Shown: positions 1 to 12,422 of the stretch, piece after piece
Numbering within the stretch: position 1 is the first letter of the stretch
Layout: each line of letters starts with the position of its first letter
From: Antedon mediterranea
Taxonomy: Eukaryota > Animalia > Echinodermata
Assembly (NCBI RefSeq): GCF_964355755.1
Contig: NC_092673.1
Span: 31,183,648 to 31,247,647, forward strand
Reading direction: 5' to 3'
Length of the DNA stretch: 64,000 nucleotides
Made by a program: the position numbers and the translations under genes
The notes under the pieces: model-generated
The model's input: the letters and a program-made list of their open reading frames with translations, nothing else
The model's database searches: none
What the model was told of the DNA's origin: nothing

Positions 1-3000
1 GAAGAGTTAACTCTTCCCTGGTTATACTACTTTATTGGAAAGTAATTATTTTTGTGTGAATCTTCTTGGAGTTGTTTGAAAGCGTATGCGCTTACTTCTT
101 TTCTTCAGAAAACATCTAATTTAGGTCTTAAAGTGACTACTATACACCTCACACCACCAACCTCTAACACACTAGTTTCTGCCCACACACACTTCATCTC
201 CTGAACTAACATAGTACAGTATAAGTCAAATTAATTGTTCTAATTTTTTTTTTTATTGCTGCCTCAAAGAATATTATATAATAGTAACAATATCAGAAAG
301 GTAGATAGGTATTGTAATAATTTTTAAATTTAAAAATGTTTAAAAAAATATGAATATATGTTTATACATACATTATAAATGAAATATATTAACTACTATT
401 TTAGTAATGCATACACACAAGTACAGAATATCAGAAATCAATGAATCATGTGTCTAAATGTGGCATTATTAGGCTAATTTGCTTTGAGAAAAACATTGAT
501 GCCATTGGCCTATACAAAAATCAAGGCAATTAGACAAAATATTTACATAAACAATTAATACTAATATTGGTAGGCATAAAATAATAGTGTATATAAACTT
601 TCCTTAAATAATAACAGTATAGGGCCTTACCAATTTATTTAATACATAATATATGAACTATATTACACAAAAAAAGTATAAATGAATTTATAAGGACATG
701 ATGATTATCAAAAATAGTCAATATAATTAAATTTTAAACTCATTACCGGCATTATAAATAATATTTTAAAAAGATAAGAATGCAAGTAACTATCAGATTC
801 ATAGTCCTCATTATACACAATGATTTCCTACTATCACATATTAAAATATAAATCAATCATGTAGCCTTTAATGACTTTACATGGAGGTCTATTCAAATAA
901 ATTTAAATAAAAGGGTCATAATATGTCTTCGTCTCCAGTTCGTGGAAACTGAAGTTAGGATTCCATCATTTAAACAACAAAAAATATTCAAAATATCCTG
1001 CCAGTTTGCATTCAAGACCTGCAACCTGCTTAGTTTTTAATACGAGTACTGCTTTCTATACACATAACTTTGATTTCTGCAAAAAAAACAAAACTCTGTA
1101 ATAATGTACTTTAATTACTGTAATATTAATCTAGGTATAGATTATGTTGACCGGGCCAGTGAGAGTGCGATCGACTGTACTACCATAAGTCCTGTAGGTG
1201 TATACAACTTATTTCTTGTCTACAAAGTGTATAGTAGTATGCTAATAGTACTATTATTAGATTAGGTAGTTGGGAGTAGTTTGGAGAGATACATCTATCT
1301 ATAAAAGAGTACTGTATATATGGAACTGTCTGTGTTAGTCGCCTTTGTATTTTTAGATATAATACCAATAGGTACTATGTATTGGGAAACAATTCAACAG
1401 TTATGAATAAAAAAAGTCCTATGTACTCTGTATGTTGGAGGAAATAAGCATAAGAGCAAATAAAGCCTTGACCACAGGGTGTAAGTCACTATTTTGAATC
1501 AGTAGTATGACTTCTTAAGAAGTAATTTAAAAAATATCATTGTATGATCAAAAAGAAATATTATAATATCTAACTTTCTCCTTTATATAAATATATTATT
1601 TTATCCAAGGGGTTGCAAACACAAGTGTTCACATGTCTTGTTAAGTATTGCACCTTTGTCCTGTCTTTATGTTTTCTGTAATGTCACTGCACTAACGGGT
1701 GACCGGTAAACGAGCTTCGCTCTTACGGTTATCCATCCATATAAGTTGTTCATCTCTTATGTTCAGAAATTGAAATGGTAAATAAACTGAAACTGAAACT
1801 GTGCTTATGTGGTACAGGTTGACGAGCCAGGAATGATGGTAGTGCCAGTATACCGTGTAGTTTAGCCTCAAGGCAATACCATGTAGCTGGAGTAGCTTGG
1901 ACAAATACAGTAGAGATTTATGAGACTTGGTGTGTGATGATTCAGTATGATAAATTTGTGCTGTGAAAGACAAAATTGTAGAATTAGGAAGAAAATATTG
2001 TAAAATATAACAAGGAAATTATACTATAGTATAATTAAGGGGTAACTGTATAATACATAATTAATAGTAATAAAGGCAATGGCAATTACTTATATTATGT
2101 ATACATTACAATATTACAAATAAATTCATATATTATTTTATTATAAGGAAATCTGTTTTAGAATGAGAAAAAGCCGTCCCAACACAGATTTGAACCCAGC
2201 TATCAATAAAGCTATAAAACAAAATAGACCATATTGTAGCCGGACTGGGTAGCGTAGACTTACTTGAGGCCTAGGCATAGTACGATTAGCTAGATTAGAA
2301 GGATACAGGTCAACCCGTACCCATGCCATGCCAACACGCTCGTACCCAAATTTTGGTTTACATATATCCAAAATTTTGGCTTACTCGTACCCATCATGGG
2401 CTGCCTAGTAGTAGTAGTAGTAGCAGTAGCCTAGCCTAAGGCAGCAGGCCCGGCCCTAGCCTACTACAACTTAAGTCTAGGCCTAGCCTAGTAGGCCTCT
2501 ATGCCTAGCCTAGGCCCTAGTAGTTAACATCATACATACGCCCTAGAGCCTAGTAGTAGCTACCTACTACTCACTAGCTAGGCCTAGGTAGTAGCAGTAG
2601 TAGTTATTGTAGTAGTATTATTGTATTGTAGTATTAGTTGTAGCTGTCCGGTGATCCTTGGTCACTTGTCTAGATCCCCTAGTAGGCCTAGGCTAGGCCT
2701 AGTACGTAGTTATTCTTCAACAGTCACACAATTCAGATTCTGCCGGCCGCTGATTGCTAGTGAACAGGGGGAGGGAGAGAAAGAGTTAGAAGAACTGAAA
2801 TAAGCCGTGACGTATAATAAACATCATACAAAATAATAATATAACTAACGAATCCGTATAATATAATAATGTTGTATGTTATAAAGTAAAGTAAATACGT
2901 TTAATATAATACAATTATATTATAATATAATGTATTTTATTACTAATATAATATTAAATGTTCATAATATAATGCTAAAACCAAATAATATAATACAAAA

Positions 3001-3176
3001 AGTCAATAATTTGTTACATTTTTCACATAATATATTAGAAATAGATATAATATAATGCTAAAACCAAGTAATATAATGCAAAACGTATAATTCATTACAA
3101 TACAATATATAATATAATAGAAAATGATATAATAATATAATATTTTGAATACTTCAGACAGCTGAGGCTTGCCATA

Positions 3177-3690
3177 CTGTGTTTTACTATAACCAATTTG
3201 ATTAGAGTAAAACTCAACGATAAAGAATAGGAAACATTTAATAACATGATAAATTACATTTACATAGCAATTTATCACTGTGTTTTACTATAACCAATTT
3301 GGTTAGAGTAAAACACAATGATAAAGAATAGGAAACATTTAATAATATGATAAATTACATTTACATAGCAATTTATCACTGTGTTTTACTATAACCAATT
3401 TGGTTAGAGTAAAACACAATGATAAAGAATAGGAATTTAATAATATGATATATAACATTTACATAGCAATTTAGCACTGTGTTTTACTATAACCAATTTG
3501 GTTAGAGTTAAACACAATGATAAAGAATAGGAAACATTTAAAAATATGATAAATGACATTCACATAGCAATTTAGCACTGTGTTTTACTATACCAATTTG
3601 ATTAGAGTAAAACACAATGATAAAGAATATGAAACATTTAATAATATGATAAATTGCTAGCACTGTGTTTTACTATACCAATTTAGTTTT
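3177..3690 (-). repeat. About 5 copies of a 101-bp tandem unit (inverted orientation)
   Basis: CTGTG recurs at 3177, 3278 and 3379; same unit as 7480-9807 on the opposite strand. Confidence 0.9.
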
Positions 3691-4086
3691 GGATAAAGAA
3701 TATGAATTTAAAGAATGGATATAATATGATATGATAAAATATGATTTTCTCCCAATTAGTAAGACATTTTGGAATACTGCGTGCGTAGTGCACCTAACAA
3801 GATCATGTTCGCTATTTAAAACTCACATTTTAAAACCGTAAACGCATAAATTTGCGGACATACTCGTAAAACACACTTCCAGAGATTTAATAATTTTAAC
3901 AGTACAGTACTACAAAATCCATAATATAAAGTAGTATAGATTTGTACAAAAAGAGCAGAACAATTAAATTAACTGTCATTACATCTACTGAACTGTCTCA
4001 TTACATCTACTGAAAAATTCATCGCGATGAATTTATTTATAATACACCAATCAGATCACACGCAATTAGTATGGAATGCCAGTTGA

Positions 4087-4973
4087 GGCGATGATAAAAT
4101 CGCGTCGATGATGCAATGAAAATTGCGTCGATGTGATGAAAATTGCGTCGATGAATATAGTATTGATGTAATGATGTGATGAACATTGCGTCGATGAAAA
4201 TTGCGTCGATGTAATGAAAATTGCGTTAATGTGATGAAAATTGCGTCGATGAAAATTGCGTCGATGAAAACTGCATCGATGAAAACTGCATCGATGAAAA
4301 AAAAAAATTTTCATCGATGCAGTTTTCATCGATGAAAATTGCGAACTCCCTGCCGGTATGATTTGAATATGATGTCATGGATGCTGGACATCTGAATTTT
4401 ATGTACTGAACTGGTGGATTAACGGAAGCAATTAGCTAGAAGATATAATGTGTCCGAAAGGACAATAATGGATCCATTGCTAAAATGTGTTGACAATAAA
4501 TCACTAAAATGTTAATCAGTGCATATATTTCAACATTGTTTTAGTGCGCGCTCACTGTGCGCTTGTCTATAACGTGCGCTAGCGCAAGCGATAAACATGT
4601 TTATCATATCAAAATATTCAGAAACCGTCAATTTTTAGCAACATAATAACATTATTAACATCATTATTAACATCATCATTTACTTTACTAGTAGTCATTT
4701 TCATCATTGATTGAATTAAAACCATTTGGAATTTTCATAATCAATTAAATTCATCACATCAATTTTCATCGATGCAGTTTTCATCGATGCAATTTTCATC
4801 GATGCAGTTTTCATCGACGCAATTTTCATCGACGCAATTTTCATCGATGCAATTTTCATCGACGCAATGTAAATTGCGTCGACGCAATCTACATTGCATC
4901 GACGCAATCTACATTGCGTCGATGCAATTTTCATCGACGCAATTTCATCATCGACGCAATTTTTATCATCGCC
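4087..4973. repeat. Inverted pair of 15-bp tandem arrays (TCGATGAAAATTGCG/A), small foldback-like structure
   Basis: 4087 to about 4345 is forward and about 4760-4973 is reverse complement; both outer ends read GGCGATGATAAAA inward. Confidence 0.8.
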
Positions 4974-5619
4974 AAAAACTTGTGTAAAACGGCGTTCCAT
5001 AAGTGACGAATCGCATATTCGCCGTTTATTGTTGAGGCGCGTAAACAGTGTGCGCAATGCACGTTTTCTTCCCATGACGAGACGAATCGATATTCGACTC
5101 TTCGTGTGACGAATAATTGCCAAATTATAATTAATATAATTAATTAATGAAATAAGATACGCAGTTGATGTTTGCATCAATTGTTCTTTAGAATAAATAC
5201 TTTCGAAATACAAAACAAAAAATGTGTGGTGAGTGACGATATGTTCAATCATGGACCTATAAATTACTAATTTATAGGTCCATGATTCAATATCTGTAGC
5301 TTCAATTCAAACATAATGTAACAGAAAATTCGAAGCGTAAAAAACGTTCGTTTACACAACACTTTTTTTTATACTTTATTATTGATTATTATATTATACA
5401 GGAATACTATTTATTTCCTCATTTCTACCCAAGAATAAAAAATTTTTGGATACAAAACTTTATGCATGTGAATTACATTACCAAAATATTAAAATGAGGA
5501 TAAAAAAACATCGCGTAAAATACTCGTACTCAAAAGCTTCTGAAATTTGTAGATATATGTCATGAAAAAGAAATTTGACATTCCCAATAATTTTTTTGGG
5601 TAAAAATGTAATATATGAA

Positions 5620-7440
5620 ACATACAATTTACATAGTTTATCATTGTTTTTTATTAGAACCAATATGGTTACACAGTTAAACATAGTGATAAAGAATAGA
5701 TACTTGTTAGGTTACTACCCTACCCTCTAGTTTGAAGCGACATTATAAATTCATCGAGAAAAAAAACGTATCGTATTCAGAAACGTTTGAAATTTTGTAT
5801 AGATATGTTCAATAAGACAAAACAAATTATAAATTTCAAGACAAATCGATGATTTCCATTATTTGCATTTCTAAAAATTCACACTTATGAAAGACCATAC
5901 ATTTTCAACATTTCCTTTTTTCTGTGTACCGAGTTTAGAAACTTTTTGAATACCAGACGTATTTTTTTGTGATGCTTTTTCATTTGAATTGTAGTATAAA
6001 ATGCCATTGAAACGAGATAAAAATCATACAAGACATGTTATAATAGGTTGCTCTATATACATAACAAAATTAGTTCTTTTTTTTGGTAAGAATCGCCAAT
6101 GAAGTAGAAAGTTATTTCAGATGTAGTGTGCATTTTAATAGTAGGCCTAAAATATAATATTAAATATTATAAAGAATATCAAACATTTTATGTTATGAAA
6201 AATAAAATTTACATATAAGTTTATCATTGTGTTTTACTATAACCATTTTGGTTAAAAGTTAAACACAGTGAGTGATAAAGAATAGAACTGTTTTAGTTTA
6301 TTTAACCCTAACCCTAGTTTGAAGCGATCACATATTTAATATTCATCGCTAAAAATACGTATCGTCTTGAAAAACGTTTGATATTTGGTAGATATGTTCA
6401 ATATAGGTTCTTACATCTATAATGCAAAAGAAATATCCTAATAGTTTTATTTTGATTTCTGAGAATCATCAATGAAGTAAAAATGTGTTGGAAATGTATT
6501 GTCTTTCATAAGTGTAAATGTTTAGAAATGCAAATTATTAAAATCACGAATTTGTCTTGAAACTTTTATTTTTTGTTTGTTTTATAGAAGTAAGAAGCTA
6601 TTGAACATATTTACCAAATTTCAAATGTTTCTGAATACGATACGTATTTTTTCGCGATGAATTAAGTATGTGATCGCTTCAAACTAGGGTTAGAGTTATA
6701 TAACCTAAAACAGTGTCTATTCTTTATCACTGTGTTTAACTGTGTAACCAAATTGGTTCTGTAAAACAAGATGATAAACTATGTAACTTGTATTTATTAT
6801 TATTACATTATATGTATCCTATAATGTAATATGAAAAATAAAATGTACATAGTTTATCATTGTGTTGTACTAAAACCAATTTGGTTAAAAGTTAAACACA
6901 GTGTTAAAGAATGGAACTGTTAGGTTATTTAACCCTAACCCTAGTTTGAAGCGATCACATACTTAATTCATCGATAAAAATACGTATCGTCTTAAAAACG
7001 TTTGAAATTTGGTACATGTTCAATATAGGTTCTTACATCTATAATGTAAAAGAAATATCATAATTTGTTTTATTTTGATTTCTGGGAATCATCAATGAAG
7101 TAAAAATGTATGGTATTTCATAAGTGTACATTTTTAGAAATGTAAATTATTAAAATCACGAATTTTTTGTGAAATTTATATTTTTTGTTTGTTTTATAGA
7201 CGTAAGAACCTATTAAACATATCTAACAAATTTCAAAAGTTTCTAAATACGATACGTACTTTTTCGCGATGAATTTATTATGTCGCTTCAAACTAGGGTT
7301 AGGGTTATATAACCTAAAACAGTATCTATTCTTTATCACTGTGTTTAACTGTGTCACCAAATTGGTTCTGTAAAAGTAATAAACTATGTAACTTGTATTT
7401 ATTATATTATTACATTATATGTATCCTATTCTTTTCATAA
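5620..7440. repeat. Alternating-orientation modules of about 300 bp forming two palindromes of about 600 bp
   Basis: Module with CCCTAACCCTAGTTTGAAGCGA...TACGTATCGT is forward near 5720 (degenerate), 6305 and 6932 and inverted (TCGCTTCAAACTAGGGTTAG) near 6673 and 7283. Confidence 0.8.
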
Positions 7441-7479
7441 CGTTTAGATAATAAGATATGTTTAATATAATATTTTGCT

Positions 7480-9807
7480 ATGTAAATAATATCATATAAT
7501 AAATGTTTCATTATCATTGTGTTTTACTGTAACCAAATTGGCTATAGTAAAACACAATACTAAATTTGTATGTAAATGTATCATATTATTATATGTTTCC
7601 TATTCTTTATTTGTGTTTTACTGTATCCAGCACAGTGCTAAATATCATTTATCATAGTTAAAATGTTTTACTCTAACCAAATTGGTTATAGTAAAACACA
7701 GTGATAAATTACTATGTAAATGTCATTTATCATATTATTAAATGTTTCCTATTCTTTATCATTGTGCTTTACTCTAATCAAATTGGTTATAGTAAAACAC
7801 AGTGCTAAATTTCTATGTGAATGTCATTTATCATGTTATTAAATGTTTCCTATTCTTTATCATTGTGTTTTACTCTAACCAAATTGGTTATAGTAAAACA
7901 CAGTGCTAAATTGCTATGTAATGACATTTATCGTATTATTAAATGTTTCCTATTCTATATCATTGTGCTTTACCATAACCAAATTGGTTATAGTAAAACA
8001 TTGTGCTAAATTGCTAGCTATGTAAATAATCATTATTATTAAATGTTTCCTATTCTTTGTCATTGTGTTTTACTTTAACCAAATTGGTTATAGTAAAACA
8101 CAGTGCTAAATTGCTATGTAATGACATTTATCATAATTATTATTAAATGTTTCCTATTCTATATCATTGTGCTTTACCATAACCAAATTGGTTATAGTAA
8201 AACATGGTGCTAAATTGCTATGTAAATAATCATTATTATTAAATGTTTCCTATTCTATATCATTGTGCTTTACCATAACCAAATTGGTTATAGTAAAACA
8301 CAGTGATAAATTGCTATGTAAATGTCATTTATCATATTATTAAATGTTTCCTATTCTATATCATTGTGCTTTACCATAACCAAATTGGTTATAGTAAAAC
8401 ACAGTGCTAAATTGCTATGTGAATGTCATTTATCAAATTATTAAATGTTTCCTATTCTTTATCATTATGTTTTACTTTAACCAAATTGGTTATAGTAAAA
8501 CACAGTGCTAAATTGCTATGTAAATGTCATTTATCATATTATTAAATGTTTCCTATTCTATATCATTGTGCTTTACCATAACCAAATTGGTTATAGTAAA
8601 ACACAGTGCTAAATTGCTATGTAAATGTCATATATCATATTATTAAATTCCTATTCTTTATCATTCTGCTTTACTTTAACCAAATTGGTTATAGTAAAAC
8701 ACAGTGCTAAATTGCTATGTAAATGTCATTTATCATATTATTAAGTGTTTCCTATTCTTTATCATTGTGTTTTACTTTAACCAAATTGGTTATAGTAAAA
8801 CACAGTGCTAAATTGCTATGTAAATGTCATTTATCAAATTATTAAATGTTTCCTATTCTATATCATTGTGTTTTACTCTAACCAAATTGGTTATAGTAAA
8901 ACACAGTGCTAAATTGCTATGTGAATGTCATATATCATATTATTAAATGTTTCCTATTCTTTATCATTATGTTTTACTATAACCAAATTGGTTATAGTAA
9001 AACACAGTGCTAAATTGCTATGTAAATAATCATTATTATTAAATGTTTCCTATTCTTTATCATTGTGTTTTACTCTAACCAAATTGGTTATAGTAAAACA
9101 CAGTGCTAAATTTCTATGTAAATGTCATATATCATTATTATTAAATTCCTATTCTTTATCATTCTGCTTTACTTTAACCAAATTGGTTATAGTAAAACAC
9201 AGTGCTAAATTGCTATGTAAATGTCATTTATCATATTATTAAGTGTTTCCTATTCTTTATCATTGTGTTTTACTTTAACCAAATTGGTTATAGTAAAACA
9301 CAGTGCTAAATTGCTATGTAAATGTCATTTATCAAATTATTAAATGTTTCCTATTCTATATCATTGTGTTTTACTCTAACCAAATTGGTTATAGTAAAAC
9401 ACAGTGCTAAATTGCTATGTGAATGTCATATATCATATTATTAAATGTTTCCTATTCTTTATCATTGTGTTTTACTCTAACCAAATTGGTTATAGTAAAA
9501 CACAGTGCTAAATTGCTATGTGAATGTCATATATCATATTATTAAATGTTTCCTATTCTTTATCATTGTGTTTTACTCTAACCAAATTGTTTATAGTAAA
9601 ACACAGTGCTAAATTGCTATGTAAATGTCATTTATCATATTATTAAATGTTGCCTCTTCTATATCATTGTGTTTTACTCTAACCAAATTGGTTATAGTAA
9701 AACACAGTGATAAATTGCTATGTAATGACATTTATCATATTATTAAATGTTTCCTATTCTTTATCATTGTGTTTTACTCTAACCAAATTGGTTATTGTAA
9801 AACACAG
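7480..9807 (+). repeat. About 23 copies of a 101-bp tandem unit containing a roughly 45-bp hairpin
   Basis: ACAGTG recurs at 8401/8502 and 8701/8802; each unit carries the near-palindrome cattgtgttttact(a/c/t)taacc-aaatt-ggttatagtaaaacacagtg. Confidence 0.95.
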
Positions 9808-9943
9808 TATATTTTACCTACAAAATCGCCGCAAAATTGTTTATACGTTTATTTTGATTGGCTAACTAAAGTACGGTCTAATGAATATTGATATCAGAAG
9901 ATTCCCTAGCTTAGTGAAAAAGTTTTATTACCAAAAATATGCT

Positions 9944-9965
9944 GATTACGTCACTACCGGAAGTT
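9944..9965 (+). promoter_or_regulatory. Adjacent CRE-like (TTACGTCA) and ETS (CCGGAAGT) motifs
   Basis: GATTACGTCACTACCGGAAGT about 2.5 kb upstream of the ATF6 ATG; motif match only. Confidence 0.3.
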
Positions 9966-11254
9966 GTAGTCTAGCATGATGCAGACGCAATTGATTATGT
10001 ACGTTTGTTAAACATATAAAAAGCTGTAAATTACCACAAAACGACAATAGGAAAGAATTCAAAGAAATGCCCTACGTGTTCAAAATCATTGTTTTAATAT
10101 AGTTTGTATGTATAACTAACAATTGACCTTGTGGAAGAGCGTATAAATTTAATTTAAAGTAAAACATGATTTACTCGCCAATTTGGTATTGGATATATAG
10201 CTCCACTAATGGACTACTGTATGCTGGGATAGGATTATACCATTAATTATTAAGACGGTGTTTTATTTCGTAAATTTGTAAATGTCATGTTAATTTTAAC
10301 TAAAAATTAGGTTTCAAAATTTATTATAGTTTAGTTGAACAGAAATGATTATGCACTGAAAAATTAATTTTATCTGTTGTAGTTTTTGCGTTGCACACTT
10401 TATTTTCAAATTAATTTACCTATTGCACATTATTTTGGCCTGTTTTGCAGGTAGGTTCAGCATACCAAATTGGACTTCGCACACGTTCGATGTTTCTACC
10501 ACGCCGCGTCTGGTGTCGAAATAAATTAGAGGAGCCTTGTTTTATAAAGTAACCAGAATGGTAAATAAATTAATTACAGTAATTAATTATGTGATTTATC
10601 AATTTGCGTCGGCTCTCTCGAAAGGAAACAATATAATAATTAATATATAAATACATATTTTAATTGGTCAAATGAATTTTTACGGATGTTAGTATTGGGT
10701 TTACTGTTTCTTAATATTTATTGGTGCATTATGTCTTCTCTTTATATGTATTGTTTTTATCGTACTTTTTATAATAATCATTACTATGTAAAGTTTTTGA
10801 TATTAATATTTTTATATATATACATTAATATTTTAATTGTTTTAACTCTGAGAAAATGAATTTCTCCCTTGGAGGTCAATAACATTATTCTGATTCTAAT
10901 GTATTTCAATGACATGATGATATGTATGATCTTGAATGTCTTTTTTATCGAACTTACACAAATTTAATTATTCAGTTTTGATTGCCTGTAGCCTATTACT
11001 TTCAACTAAGTTTAGAAATACAGAATAAATCTATATACTGCATTTATTATTATCCTTATAAATTATATGAAAAACATTCACAAATTAGTACGTGCCATTC
11101 GGTGAATGGAGGCTATTTATCACGTAACGTAAAACGGTGACTTTATTGCTACGTATAAAATGAAGTGAAAGAATATACGGTGTTTGTAACGTATCATGCA
11201 CTTAACGATGATTTCTATTGAGGCATTACCGGTATTTAACATTCACAACAAATT

Positions 11255-11555
11255 CAAATAAGATGCCTCTCATCCTCTCCACAAAGTGATCATAGACCAA
11301 CTTAATCCAAGTGGTAGATTGAGGCTCCTCAGTGTGAAAACAAATCGATTTGCTAAATCCTTTATTCCCTCCGGTATCATCCAGTACAACAGGAAGTCAA
11401 GAAGATAATTTTATATTGTAATTTTTTAGATGTTTTTATATATATGAATGGTTTTATGCTATATTTGTTTTTATAGTGTTTTCTTTGTTATTATGACGAG
11501 CAATGAATTTCCTTTTTGAGGATCAATAAAAGTTATCTTATCTTATCTTATCTTA
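11255..11555 (+). mobile_element. 3' fragment of a non-LTR retrotransposon (Rex1/Babar-like)
   Basis: Translates as DASHPLHKVIIDQLNPSGRLRLLSVKTNRFAKSFIPSGIIQYN, typical of post-RT C-termini; followed by AATGAATTTCC...CAATAAAA and a (TATCT)n tail. Confidence 0.6.
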
Positions 11556-12422
11556 TAATATAAAGTCGAACCATGAAGGTAAAAGATAAATAAAAATATA
11601 TGATGTTTTACCTCCATGGTCGAACTGTACTATTTAGTATTATATGATGTGTTGCTCATAATCACACATGATTTTCAATTTCAGTAGTGAACGGTAATCC
11701 TCGGTTACCGTATTGAATATGTAGGCCTACGTCAAGGCGGGTCTCGTGAAATAATTCATTATAATTAATCCACATGCATAAAGTGCATTACTTTAAATCA
11801 CCTATTTCATGTTCATTAACAGCAGTTGGCCCTGGGGTGTGCTGCCCTGAAAAGAGGTTGGTTACCGTATATGTTTTAGAGTCACCGAATTTTTGTACCG
11901 CGCCTATCCTCGCTTCAACCATTGACTTTTTTTCGTTTTCTTTTTTTTTTCTTGGAAGTTTTAATTGCTCAATCGATATAATTTACTTCTGGACAAAAAT
12001 TAACTGAACTCAACTCATCCCATCCGGCATTGCTTAACGAGTTAGTTACCGCAGAGGCCTAATTAATAGTAGGCATAGTAACAATTTGTTGTTGTTTTTT
12101 TTTTTTTCTTTTTTTTTTACGACTACATCTTCTCCGATTTTCTCCATTTGCAGGGTTTTTTTTTAACTCTTTTTATGAAATGAAATAGACATACAGTCAA
12201 CCCTTGTATATTTTTTTGCGATCGAACATGTTTCAAGTCCACTTTGGTATACCGAGTGTAACCCAATGTTTGTTAAACGTCTGGATTACCACGACTAGCC
12301 CAATGCCACAACACTGAACTCTGGGATAGCATAAGAAACACACGTAAGTTCACACACGGAAAGAAAATAATAATTCCATATTTTACAGATTTTAATGAAA
12401 AAACAACATTTTATCTCCAGAA

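Larger units (their letters stand above)
3177..9807. mobile_element. Large non-autonomous foldback-type element with tandem-repeat inverted termini
   Basis: Left array (3177 to about 3690) is the reverse complement of the right array (about 7480-9807). Both end at the same unit position (TA|CTGTGTTTTAC ... GTAAAACACAG|TA), whereas internal units continue CACAG-TG. No transposase ORF inside. Confidence 0.7.

Noticed and set aside
4066-5252. ORFs with MKIAS / FSSTQ repeats
   Set aside because: Translations of the 15-bp arrays; no transposase motifs.
7821-9891. ORFs MSFI.LLNV...
   Set aside because: Translations of the 101-bp repeat.
12240-12420. ERSE/UPRE autoregulatory element upstream of ATF6
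   Set aside because: CCAAT and CCACG occur but not with CCAAT-N9-CCACG or ATTGG-N-CCACG spacing.
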